A stretch of 64,000 bases of DNA from Macrostomum lignano (taxonomy: Eukaryota): the NCBI GenBank assembly GCA_002269645.1, contig NIVC01002056.1, positions 78,522 through 142,521 on the forward strand, read 5' to 3'. The notes under the pieces were generated by a model, which saw only the letters and a list, made by a program, of their open reading frames with translations, did no database searches and had not been told where the DNA came from. Below, one piece after another: positions 24,856-36,641 of this stretch; the stretch's first letter is position 1, and every line of letters starts with the position of its first letter. Made by a program: the position numbers and the translations under genes.

Positions 24856-26101
24856 TTATTTACTTATAGTAGCATCCTAGGATTGTCAATTACTTATTTT
24901 GCGGGAGGTAGAACACTATACAAAAGCATCTCACAGTGCTTTGATGGGTTGAAAAATCCAAAAGCGCCATCTCAGATGTGCTCAGATTTCAACAGCCATT
25001 CAGAAAGTCAACAGGCAGCACTCACGATTGTTGCTAACTACGAGAGCGTAATATTTTATCATAAGGATTCATAAAATATGAGGATAGAAAGTTTTGTGTA
25101 TAATTGTTAGAAAACAAGTACGAGATAAAAGGTTAATATAGTATAGCGACAATTACAGTAACTTACAGCTACTGTAAAAGTATCGAAGAGTCTCGCTACA
25201 GACATTAAAATCTTAATGACTCTGGTTAGCTAAAAATATTATTCTCACTTCTGTCACCGCAACATAAAGTTTTTTTCTTCATCATTGAGTGCTATAAGTG
25301 TGACGTTGCTAGTTTAAGTGGTCCCGAAAAAGGGCCGTTGGACTATAGTTTCCCTCGCAATTTCTCATATTAATTTCTCCAATAGTTTATTTTAACGTTT
25401 ACTTATAGTAGCGTGCAAGTAATCTGTATCAATTGCTAATTCACTGTGTATTTGGTAGGCCTCACGCTCGCCTGTGAATTTTGGCACGATCGATAATTTC
25501 AAGTTCTCTCGCCAGCCAATGAAAACTCTCCGTGTTTTACGCTCCCCCCTTTTGCGCTCTTTATTAACCCCCCGCCTGGCGGCGGGCACTCCTCACTTTT
25601 CTGTTCTTCGCGGCTCTTGTTTTCCTTCTCCTGCCTTCTGTCTGCCTCCTTATCTCTCGCCACGGCTCCGCTGTCTGGGCCAGCCTGTTTACACTGCCAC
25701 TGCCTGCCACGGCTAACGCCAATCTCACCACTACGCATCTGCCTCTTCTGTGCTCATCGCCGCTACTCACCACGTTGCATCGCCCTGCATCACTCGCCTA
25801 CCACTCGACTACAACTTCTAATTCACCTTCAATTCAAAACATTGTTGCAGCCGCCAGTGTCCCAAAAGTAGAATAAGTTCTGTATTAACGTTAACCAAAT
25901 TTGAATATTGATTTAAACAATAAAACAACTACGGCAGTTACCTGCCTTGTATGCCAAGTGCTCCGCTACACAATCCGCTTCTCAAGACTTGACTCGATTC
26001 ATTTTGGGACTACGACTTACGGCAACTCTCGTAAAACGGCCCTTCTAAGGGTCATAGCCTCAACACCAATAATCGTGACAATAAGGTAAGCTGTCAAAGT
26101 T

Positions 26102-26645
26102 GGGGGCGCTTCATAAGACCTAAACTTCACAACGCCTAAAATCGAAAATGCAGCCTCCTTCACAACGCCTAAATTTCACATCGCCTAAATTTCACAACGC
26201 CTAAAATTTCTGCACGCTCCTTCACATCGCCTAAACTTCATATCGCCTAAATTTCACAACACCTAAAACTGAATGTGAAGGAGAGAAGCAAAGATTTTAG
26301 GCGTTGTGAAATTTAGGCGATATGAAATTTAGGCGATGTGAAGGATGCTGCATTTTCGGTTTTAAGCGTTGTGAAATTGAGGCGATATGAAGTTTAGGCG
26401 ATGTGAAGGAGCGTGCAGAAATTTTAGGCGTTGTGAAATTTAGGCGATGTGAAATTTAGGCGTTGTGAAGAAGGCTGCATTTTCGATTTTAGGCGTTGTG
26501 AAATTTAGGCGATATGAAATTTAGGCGATGTGAAAGAGCGTGCAAATATTTTAGGCGTTGTGAAATTTAGGCGATATGAAATTTAGGCGTTGTGAAGTGT
26601 GGTGGTTTTAGGCGTTGTGAAATTTAGGTCTTATGAAAGCGTCCC
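26102..26645. mobile_element. Foldback/MITE with 8-bp TSD, built from inverted ~16 bp subrepeats
   Basis: Ends GGGGGCGCTTCATAAGACCTAAA and TTTAGGTCTTATGAAAGCGTCCC. Perfect TCAAAGTT duplication at 26094-26101 and 26646-26653. CACAACGCCTAAATTT repeats in the left half appear reverse-complemented in the right half. Confidence 0.88.
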
Positions 26646-27711
26646 TCAAAGTTTAGTACAGCGATCAGTTTTAAGAACGAATGTTAAAACAAAGACTTGC
26701 TTTAATAAGCAAAAGCAACTCTACAATGGGTCAAGAAGCAGACCGGTTGAAGAAAAACCTTCAGCTGTTTAAAAACACTCCAAAATTACAAAGAAAACGA
26801 TCATTTCATGCAGGCATGCTGCGCCACCAACCTAAACCAAAGCTGCTAGAGCTTGCATTAAAAAAATTACTGTTGGACAACATTTGTCCTGAAATTATTG
26901 GGGTCGTGACTCGACAAATAAATTAACGCAGCAGCTGACCTGCAGAAAATTTGAGCCACAGTTAGGAGCTCAGCTGGATATCAGACTTCAAACGTCTTCA
27001 TCGAATACGATGGTATTTGTCATATTTTTAGTTGGGGTCTCGATAGCGCATGCCTGCTAGCAAAGTATTCAGCAGCTTGTGACCCCAAGCCACGGTTGTG
27101 GAAGCTTTACGAATTCCCCACTAGCCCAGAACTTAAAAATTAACTAAAAATGATTAGTGACACAAGGCTAAACAGTCTAGTTTAAATTCCAGAGGTTGGA
27201 ATAAGCTTAATTTTAGTAAATAATTACGGACAAGCAAGCAATCATTCATTCAAACATACAAATCTTAGAGATTTAGTGTATTTCGATTACTTCATCCCTC
27301 GGACGGTGCAGTTTTTTCTTCGCAGGCACTTTAATTCTCTTTGATTCAACAGCAAATCCCTTCAATACTCTCGCACATCACATATATAGATGAGAATATA
27401 TGAGCTCATGGGAGAACTGCTAAGATGTCGAGGCTTAACGGAAAATCTCTAAGATAGTTAGATGTCGAGGCTCATGGGGGAATTGCTAAGATGTCAAAGC
27501 TTATGTGGGAATCGCTTAAAAATATGTGGCATTAACAAGCTTTAGGAAATTAACAATAGCAACTGGTACTCGTAGATAAACTCGAAGTTAATTCAAAAAT
27601 GTATATCTTTCTTTGTTGCCTCCCTGTTGGGGGGGGGGGCACAGATTGCTAGTCTACTATACTAAAAAACGCATTTTGATTTAACCCAATAATTTGATAA
27701 CCAATCGTCAC

Positions 27712-29159
27712 CTTGCGAATCTCAATGGTAGTTTTGTTCAGCTCTCGACACGATTGGTTGCGAATTTCGCCTCTGATGCTAAATGACTCGCAGGCAGAAA
27801 ACCGCGCCTATACAGGTGAATGTTGGCCACAATGTCTCCGGCGCAAAGACAGCTGAACAAACTGCAGCACGACCTGGCTGGGGATCAGAAGCTGTAAGTG
27901 GGAATCCCATTTTAATCCCATCCCTCCTCCCTGATGCTTCAGTGGCGCCTCCTACTCCCCGATGCCTCAGTGGGTGCCTCCTCCCCGATACTTCAGTGGG
28001 CGCCTCCCGATGCTTCAGTGGTGCCTCCTCCTCCCCGATGCTTCAGCGGGCCCCTCCTCCTCCCAAATGCTTCAGTGGTGCCTCCTCCTCCCCGATGCTT
28101 CAGTGGGCGCCTCCTCCTCCTCCCAAATGCTTCAGTTGCGCCTCCTCCTCCCCGATGCTTCAGTGGTGCCTCCTCCTCCCCGATGCTTCAGTGGGCGCTC
28201 CTCCTCCTCCCAAATGCTTCAGTTGCGCCTCCTCCTCCCCGATGCTTCAGTGGCACCTCCTCCCCCCGATGCCTCAGTGGGTGCCTCCTCCTCCCCGATG
28301 CTTCAGTGGGCGCCTCCTCCTCCTCCCAAATGCTTCAGTGGGCGCTCCTCCTCCTCCCAAATGCTTCAGTTGCGCCTCCTCCTCCCCGATGCTTCAGTGG
28401 CACCTCCTCCCCCCGATGCCTCAGTGGGTGCCTCCTCCTCCCCGATGCTTCAGTGGGCGCCTCCTCCTCCTCCCAAATGCTTCAGTGGGCGCCTCCTCCT
28501 CCTCCCAGATGCTTCAGTGGGCGCCTCCTCGGCTCCTCCCCGATGCTTCAGTGGGCGCCTCCTCGGCTCCTCCCCGATGCTTCAGTGGGCGCCTCCTCGG
28601 CTCCTCCCCGATGCTTCAGTGGGCATCCCCTTGTTATCGTCGATGTAAGCTTCCTGGGACGCGTAGATTTCCCTGTCCTTTCCAGTGCCTTGTCAAATTG
28701 AACCTGGCTGCTTCCGAATGGCGTGACTTCAATGCCTGTAGGACCAATTCAGGACAGCGTTTCAATCAGGAATCTTCACAAATAAAAAACACAACAAAAG
28801 AGACCACTGCCATGAGAAACTACTACTGAAACTATTTTGGATAAATTCGAATGGGCTATCGCTACAAACTTGTCAACTCGTTCAAGAAAAATCCCCACTA
28901 AAAATGCACTCAGTCGAGAGAAACAACGCAAATTTTGACATAACCTTGCCTAATTGCCACACTGGGGCCAGCAGTATTTCTAAGAAATAAAAATATGCAT
29001 GTTGATCTGACTGCTCCGTTATCTTAAGTATTAACGTAACATTAGGTAAACCACAAACTGGCTTAATTTTCTAGCTATCTGAACCTGACCAGGCCGGTAA
29101 ACAGACTGCGGGTTGATCTCGGAGTCTAGAAATTCAATGCTGAACTGTCTAAGTTTCAT
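27712..29159 (-). pseudogene. Decayed alpha-arrestin paralog (exons 1-3)
   Basis: Exon 1-like 29159-29031: MKLRQFSIEFLDSEINPQSVYRPGQ.... Exon 2-like from 28735: IEVTPFGSSQVQF/QGTGKDREIYASQEAYIDD, with a frameshift, running into a minisatellite without a donor. Exon 3-like 27891-27712: CSLFSCLCAGDIVANIHLYRRGFLP/ESFSIRGEIRNQSCRELNKTTIEIRK|GT, with a frameshift and about 250 nt missing relative to the paralogs. Confidence 0.8.
27925..28625. repeat. ~28-32 bp GC-rich minisatellite (CCTCCTCCCCGATGCTTCAGTGGGCG)
   Basis: Directly visible; occupies what would be intron 2 of the arrestin pseudogene. Confidence 0.95.
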
Positions 29160-29464
29160 ATTTCAGGCCGACAAAACAACTCGGTTACCTTAATGAGCTT
29201 TGATCAAAATTGCTCTTAGGACTTTTTTCAATCAAAGATTTTTTTGAGCAGACTTAGAATCTTGCCTTGCCGTACATACAGACTGATGCTGTACTTTCTT
29301 GAAAAGAAAATTCTGGTACAGCCTCGCGGCAAATGTATTCAGAAGTGTACCAATTATAATGTACATCTTGGGACTACTTGTATATATCTTATGACCAGAA
29401 TATTCCTGCTGTCTGAAAGTCAATGATTGATACTACTGAGTCGGAAATGTTAAGTAGTTAAATC

Positions 29465-31376
29465 AGATCTGGATTATTGCAATCGGATCTGGTCATAGCA
29501 ATCGGATCTGGGTCATTGCAATCAGATCTAGGTCATAGCAATCGGATCTGGGTCATTGCAATCAGATCTAGGTCATAGTAATCGGAACTGGGTCATTGCA
29601 ATCAGATCTAGGTCATAGTAATCGGAACTGGGTCATTGCAATCAGATCTAGGTCATAGTAATCGGAACTGGGTCATTGCAATCAGATCTAGGTCATAGCA
29701 ATCGGATCTGGGTCATTGCAATCAGATCTGGGTCATTGCAATCAGATCTAGGTCATAGCAATCGGATCTGGGTCATTGCAATCAGATCTGGGTCATTGCA
29801 ATCAGATCTAGGTCATAGCAATCGGATTTAGGTCATAGCAATCAGATCAAGGTCATAGCAATCGGATCTGGGTCATTGCAATCAGATCTAGGTCATAGCA
29901 ATCGGATCTGGGTCATTGCAATCAGATCTAGGTCATAGCAATCGGATCTGGGTCATTGCAATCAGATCTGGGTCATTGCAATCAGATCTAGGTCATAGCA
30001 ATCGGATCTGGGTCATTGCAATCAGATCTGGGTCATTGCAATCAGATCTAGGTCATAGCAATCGGATTTAGGTCATAGCAATCAGATCAAGGTCATAGCA
30101 ATCGGATCTGGGTCATTGCAATCAGATCTAGGTCATAGCAATCGGATCTGGGTCATTGCAATCAGATCTAGGTCATAGCAATCGGATCTGGGTCATTGCA
30201 ATCAGATCTAGGTCATAGCAATCGGATCTGGGTCATTGCAATCAGATCTAGGTCATAGCAATCGGATCTTGGTCCTTGCAATCAGATCTAGGTCATAGCA
30301 ATGGGATCTTGGTCCTTGCAATCAGATCTAGGTCATAGCAATGGGATCTTGGTCATTGCAATCAGATCTAGGTCATAGCAATGGGATCTTGGTCATTGCA
30401 ATCAGATCTAGGTCATAGCAATCGGATTTAGGTCATAGCAATCAGATCAAGGTCATAGCAATCGGATCTGGGTCATTGCAATCAGATCTAGGTCATAGCA
30501 ATCGGATCTGGGTCATTGCAATCAGATCTAGGTCATAGCAATCGGATCTGGGTCATTGCAATCAGATCTAGGTCATAGCAATCGGATCTGGGTCATTGCA
30601 ATCAGATCTAGGTCATAGCAATCGGATCTTGGTCCTTGCAATCAGATCTAGGTCATAGCAATGGGATCTTGGTCCTTGCAATCAGATCTAGGTCATAGCA
30701 ATGGGATCTTGGTCATTGCAATCAGATCTAGGTCATAGCAATGGGATCTTGGTCATTGCAATCAGATCTAGGTCATAGCAATCAGATCAAGGTCATAGCA
30801 ATGGGATCTGGGTCATTGCAATCAGATCTAGGTCATAGCAATGGGATCTGGGTCATTGCAATCAGATCTAGGTCATAGCAATCAGATCAAGGTCATAGCA
30901 ATCAGATCTGGGTCATTGCAATCAGATCTAGGTCATAGCAATGGGATCTGGGTCATTGCAATCAGATCTAGGTCATAGCAATGGGATCTGGGTCATTGCA
31001 ATCAGATCTAGGTCATAGCAATGGGATCTGGGTCATTGCAATCAGATCTAGGTCATAGCAATGGGATCTGGGTCATTGCAATCAGATCTAGGTCATTGCA
31101 ATCAGATCTAGGTCATAGCAATCGGATCTGGGTCATTGCAATCAGATCTAGGTCATAGCAATCGGAACTGGGTCATTGCAATCAGATCTAGGTCATAGCA
31201 ATCGGATCTGGGTCATTGCAATCAGATCTAGGTCATAGCAATCGGAACTGGGTCATTGCAATCAGATCTAGGTCATAGCAATCGGAACTGGGTCATTGCA
31301 ATCAGATCTAGGTCATAGCAATCGGAACTGGGTCATTGCAATCAGATCTAGGTCATAGCAATCGGAAATGGGTCAA
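29465..31376. repeat. 20 bp satellite arranged as a 40 bp dimer (GCAATCAGATCTAGGTCATA / GCAATCGGATCTGGGTCATT), 1.9 kb
   Basis: Directly visible; 30061-30420 is duplicated at 30421-30780. Confidence 0.98.
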
Positions 31377-32364
31377 GATTCAAGAATAGACTCGAAATAG
31401 AAATAGACTCAAAATTTAACAATAAATAGTGCAAGGCACACATGTGCTGGCTTTACCATAGTATAAGTATATTTTGATCATGAAACGTCAGATTAATATT
31501 GATAGGCTTTAAATTTTATAACTGCACCATCGTAATAATAAGAACATGAGTTAATTTTTTGCAAGATTGCAATACACGCTATTGATAAATAAAATAACAA
31601 GTAAAGCGTTTTTCAGTTATTCTGTAACAGATTCAGCTCGCTTTGCCATATATATAAGAAAACAGTAATCATAGGAAATTTGTGGGAATCCATGCAGGCG
31701 CTCTACCCATTCCGCCGACTCCACGCACTTGTACACACGCTCAAACGGGGTGTACAGCGAACCCTCGAAGCAACCATTGGTATCGTGGCGCGAGAATAAG
31801 TGCTCTGGTCCCCAGGACTTTACCATAGACTGTAAAATTAAAAGCACTGCTTTTAAGTGAGGGAGGTGAGCTGGGTGTGGGTGCCTAGCCTCACTTTGAA
31901 CCATAGACATTCTATAGAATCTGATGTACATATATGATTCTGATTTACGAGTAAAGCCCATTTAATTATCAGTGTCGATTTTTATCTTCCATCGAAATGA
32001 CTGACGAATATATGAATACAAAATTCTCTAGTAGATTACTTGTAGAATTTTTTTGCAGTTTATGACCCTTGAAAAGTCGTTTTATGCTATAGATCACATT
32101 GAGCTGGAGTTGGTCCCGCGGTGAGAGCCAATCATGGCCCCCATGCATATGCATCAACGTCATCAACAGTTGTTAATGGTAATAAAAATATTCAGTTGGT
32201 AAAAACATAGTTGTAGTGATGATACTGATTTCTTGTGAAATGCGAAATTCTACGAAAATCTCTAAACAGACGCTCAATTATAAGTAGTATCATTGTCGAA
32301 TAAAAGTGTATCTAGCGTTCTAGATATCTGTGCTTTTCATAAATTCAGACTTGCATGCTTATAT

Positions 32365-32670
32365 CAGTCCTAATAAATAATAATAATTGATTACATCTGC
32401 CCTAATGAGCAGATGTGCAACCGAAAGCTCAGCCGCAGCTATTGCAAGGCGCATCTGAAGGCTGCGTACGGCTGTTCAGTCCAAGGACTGGGGGGGGGGG
32501 GGTCGCCACACACACCCTCAACTACCCCAGCTAATGCTGACACCCATCTTACAGCTGTGTGAACTGACGTAATGCAGAGTTAAGCGTCTTGCTCAAATCA
32601 CACAAATTGTTCTATTGGGATCGGGAATCGAACCCCCCACCCCACCGACCTTCAAGCCGACTACAATAAG
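32365..32670 (-). mobile_element. tRNA-derived SINE, copy 1 (head partly deleted)
   Basis: Closely matches 43520-43834 (AGCTCAGCCGCAGCTATTGCA...GCATCTGAAGGCTGCGTACGGCTGTTCAGT...GGAATCGAACC). Confidence 0.8.
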
Positions 32671-33104
32671 TGTCACTAGTTGAAGCATGTAGAGCCAATG
32701 GCATTTCAGGCCAGGGCCATACACATAGAAACTGTCCACAAACAAAATGACACAATTTATTGAAAAAGCTAGAAAAATGAATTATTGCAATTTTAAAATG
32801 ACATCATTTACTAAATTGCTTAATAAAATCTCCCCATAAAATATGAAACAATAAAAAATTAGGTATGCAATCATATTTTTTAGCGTAATAGGACAATTTT
32901 TTGCACCAGCTGAAGTCACGAATCTGGCCAATGAATAAAGCAATACAATTACCATAAAAACTGTGCACGAAAATAACACATCAGCATGTGCGTCTTCACT
33001 TGCAGTAAGGCTCTGCTGTATTTAAAACGGCTAAAAAGCTTAAAAATAAATTCAAATTCAGTTTTAGGATGAAAGAAATTAGGACCATCTGAAATAAAAT
33101 ATAA

Positions 33105-36100
33105 GCTCGGGATCAGGGAGGCTGGCCCAGAACTGAGGATCTGGGAGGCTGGCCCAGCAACTGGGGATCTGGGAGGCTGGCCCAGCAACTGAGGATCTGG
33201 GAGGCTGGTTCAGCAACTGAGGATCTGGGAGGCTGGCCCAGCAACTGGGGATCTGGGAGACTGGCCCAGCAACTGAGGATCTGGGAGACTGGCCCAGCAA
33301 CTGGGGATCTGGGAGGCTGGTTCAGCAACTGAGGATCTGGGAGGCTGGCCCAGCAACTGGGGATCTGGGAGACTGGCCCAGCAACTGAGGATCTGGGAGA
33401 CTGGCCCAGCAACTGGGGATCTGGGAGGCTGGTTCAGCAACTGAGGATCTGGGAGGCTGGCCCAGCAACTGGGGATCTGGGAGACTGGCCCAGCAACTGA
33501 GGATTTGGGAGGCTGGCCCAGCAACTGGGGATCTGGGAGGCTGGCCCAGCAACTGACACTCTGGGAGGCTGGCCCAGCAACTGACACTCTGGGAGGCTGG
33601 CCCAGCAACTGGGGATCTGGGAGGCTGGCTCAGCAACTGGGGATCTGGAAGGCTGGCCCAGCAACTGACACTCTGGGAGGCTGGCCCAGCAACTGACACT
33701 CTGGGAGGCTGGCCCAGCAACTGGGGATCTGGGAGGCTGGCCCAGCAACTGGGGATCTGGGAGGCTGGCCCAGCAACTGACACTCTGGGAGGCTGGCCCA
33801 GCAACTGACACTCTGGGAGGCTGGCCCAGCAACTGACACTCTGGGAGGCTGGCCCAGCAACTGACACTCTGGGAGGCTGGCCCAGCAACTGACACTCTGG
33901 GAGGCTGGCCCAGCAACTGGGGATCTGGGAGACTGGCCCAGCAACTGAGGATCTGGGAGGCTGGCCCAGCAACTGGGGATCTGGGAGGCTGGCCCAGCAA
34001 CTGAGGATCTGGGAGGCTGGCCCAGCAAATGGGGATCTGGGAGGCTGGCCCAGCAACTGACACTCTGGGAGGCTGGCCCAGCAACTGGGGATCTGGGAGG
34101 CTGGCCCAGCAACTGGGGATCTGGGAGGCTGGCCCAGCAACTGGGGATCTGGGAGAATGGCCTAGCAACTGACACTCTGGGAGGCTGGCCCAGCAACTGA
34201 GGATCTGGGAGGCTGGCCCAGCAACTGAGGATCTGGGAGGCTGGCCCAGCAACTGGGGATCTGGGAGGCTGGTTCAGCAACTGAGGATCTGGGAGGCTGG
34301 CCCAGCAACTGGGGATCTGGGAGGCTGGCCCAGCAACTGGGGATCTGGGAGGCTGGCTCAGCAACTGGGGATCTGGGAGGCTGGCCCAGCAACTGACGAT
34401 CTGGGAGGCTGGCCCAGCAACTGGGGATCTGGGAGGCTGGCCCAGAACTGAGGATCTGGGAGACTGGCCCAGCAACTGGGGATCTGGGAGGCTGGCCCAG
34501 CAACTGACACTCTGGGAGGCTGGCCCAGCAACTGAGGATCTGGGAGGCTGGCCCAGCAACTGGGGATCTGGGAGGCTGGCCCAGCAACTGAGGATCTGGG
34601 AGACTGGCCCAGCAACTGGGGATCTGGGAGACTGGCCCAGCAACTGAGGATCTGGGAGGCTGGCCCAGCAACTGACACTCTGGGAGGCTGGCCCAGCAAC
34701 TGGGGATCTGGGAGACTGGCCCAGCAACTGAGGATCTGGGAGGCTGGCCCAGCAACTGGGGATCTGGGAGACTGGCCCAGCAACTGGGGATCTGGGAGGC
34801 TGGCCCAGCAACTGAGGATTTGGGAGGCTGGCCCAGCAACTGGGGATCTGGGAGGCTGGCCCAGCAACTGGGGATCTGGGAGGCTGGCTCAGCAACTGGG
34901 GATCTGGGAGACTGGCCCAGCAACTGGGGATCTGGGAGGCTGGCCCAGCAACTGAGGATTTGGGAGGCTGGCCCAGCAACTGGGGATCTGGGAGGCTGGC
35001 TCAGCAACTGGGGATCTGGGAGACTGGCCCAGCAACTGGGGATCTGGGAGACTGGCCCAGCAACTGAGGATCTGGGAGGCTGGCCCAGCAACTGACACTC
35101 TGGGAGGCTGGCCCAGCAACTGAGGATCTGGGAGGCTGGCCCAGCAAATGGGGATCTGGGAGGCTGGCCCAGCAACTGGGAATCTGGGAGGCTGGCCCAG
35201 CAACTGAGGATCTGGGAGGCTGGCTCAGCAACTGGGGATCTGGGAGGCTGGCCCAGCAACTGGGGATCTGTGAGGCTGGCTCAGCAACTGGGGATCTGGA
35301 AGGCTGGCCCAGCAACTGACACTCTGGGAGGCTGGCCCAGCAACTGGGGATCTGGGAGAATGGCCCAGCAACTAGGGATCTGGGAGACTGGCCCAGCAAC
35401 TGAGGATCTGGGAGGCTGGCCCAGCAACTGACACTCTGGGAGGCTGGCCCAGCAACTGACACTCTGGGAGGCTGGCCCAGCAACTGACACTCTGGGAGGC
35501 TGGCCCAGCAACTGAGGATCTGGGAGGCTGGCCCAGCAACTGACACTCTGGGAGGCTGGCCCAGCAACTGGGGATCTGGGAGGCTGGCCCAGCAACTGAG
35601 GATCTGGGAGGCTGGCCCAGCAACTGAGGATCTGGGAGGCTGGCCCAGCAACTGAGGATCTGGGAGGCTGGCCCAGCAACTGGGGATCTGGGAGACTGGC
35701 CCAGCAACTGGGAATCTGGGAGGCTGGCCCAGCAACTGAGGATTTGGGAGGCTGGCCCAGCAACTGGGGATCTGGGAGACTGGCCCAGCAACTGGGGATC
35801 TGGGAGGCTGGCCCAGCAACTGACACTCTGGGAGGCTGGCCCAGCAACTGAGGATCTGGGAGGCTGGCCCAGCAAATGGGGATCTGGGAGGCTGGCCCAG
35901 CAACTGGGAATTTGGGAGGCTGGCCCAGCAAATGAGGATCTGGGAGGTTGGCCCAGCAACTGGGGATCTGGGAGGCTGGCCCAGCAACTGGGGATCTGGG
36001 AGGCTGGCCCAGCAACTGGGGATCTGGGAGGCTGGCTCAGCAACTGGGGATCTGGAAGGCTGGCCCAGCAACTGACACTCTGGGAGGCTGGCCCAGCAAC

Positions 36101-36367
36101 TGGGGATCTGGGAGAATGGCCCAGCAACTAGGGATCTGGGAGACTGGCCCAGCAACTGAGGATCTGGGAGACTGGCCCAGCAACTGGGGATCTGGGAGAC
36201 TGGCCCAGCAACTGGGGATCTGGGAGAAATGCCCAGCAACTGGGGATCTGGGAGGCTGGCCCAGCATTTGTGGATCTGGGAGACTGGCCCAGCAACTGAG
36301 GATCTGGGAGGCTGGCCCAGCAACTGGGGATCTGTGAGGCTGGCTCAGCAACTGGGGATCTGGGAGG
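33105..36367. repeat. 28 bp minisatellite (GGCCCAGCAACTGGGGATCTGGGAGGCT), about 3.26 kb, roughly 115 copies
   Basis: GGCCCAGCAA recurs at 33151 and 33179; source of all the LGQPPRS ORFs. Confidence 0.98.
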
Positions 36368-36641
36368 CCCCAAAATTTTATCTTAGCTTGGGAAGAAAGT
36401 TAGCTGAACAGTACAGGAAGTGGAAATGAAAATAACAGTTTCAATTTTTCTGCAAGCTCTAAAGCCACTACTTTAAATAGTCAAGCATTGAGAAGGCGAA
36501 GCATGTTTAACAGCTATGCTCGGTGAAAAAATGAAAAATATACTTTTTCTGCGGTCGAAACGGTTCTTTTACAACTATAAATTCCTTTTCAATTGGCTCG
36601 CATTAAAACATATTGCCATACTGGCAGTGCTGCAATTGTTG

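Noticed and set aside
26750-27120. Possible exons 4-5 of the arrestin pseudogene (DIQLSS*LWLKF, VGGAACL)
   Set aside because: Position fits, but the alignment needs several unsupported frameshifts; left out of the call.
27783-28829. 348-aa Pro-rich + strand ORF and companions
   Set aside because: Minisatellite translation; the real signal is the minus-strand arrestin pseudogene.
31617-31961. 114-aa minus-strand ORF with a GC-rich middle
   Set aside because: No recognisable motif, partner exon or clear start context.
33079-36373. Many long LGQPPRS/CWASLP ORFs
   Set aside because: Stop-poor 28-bp satellite open in several frames; no domain content.
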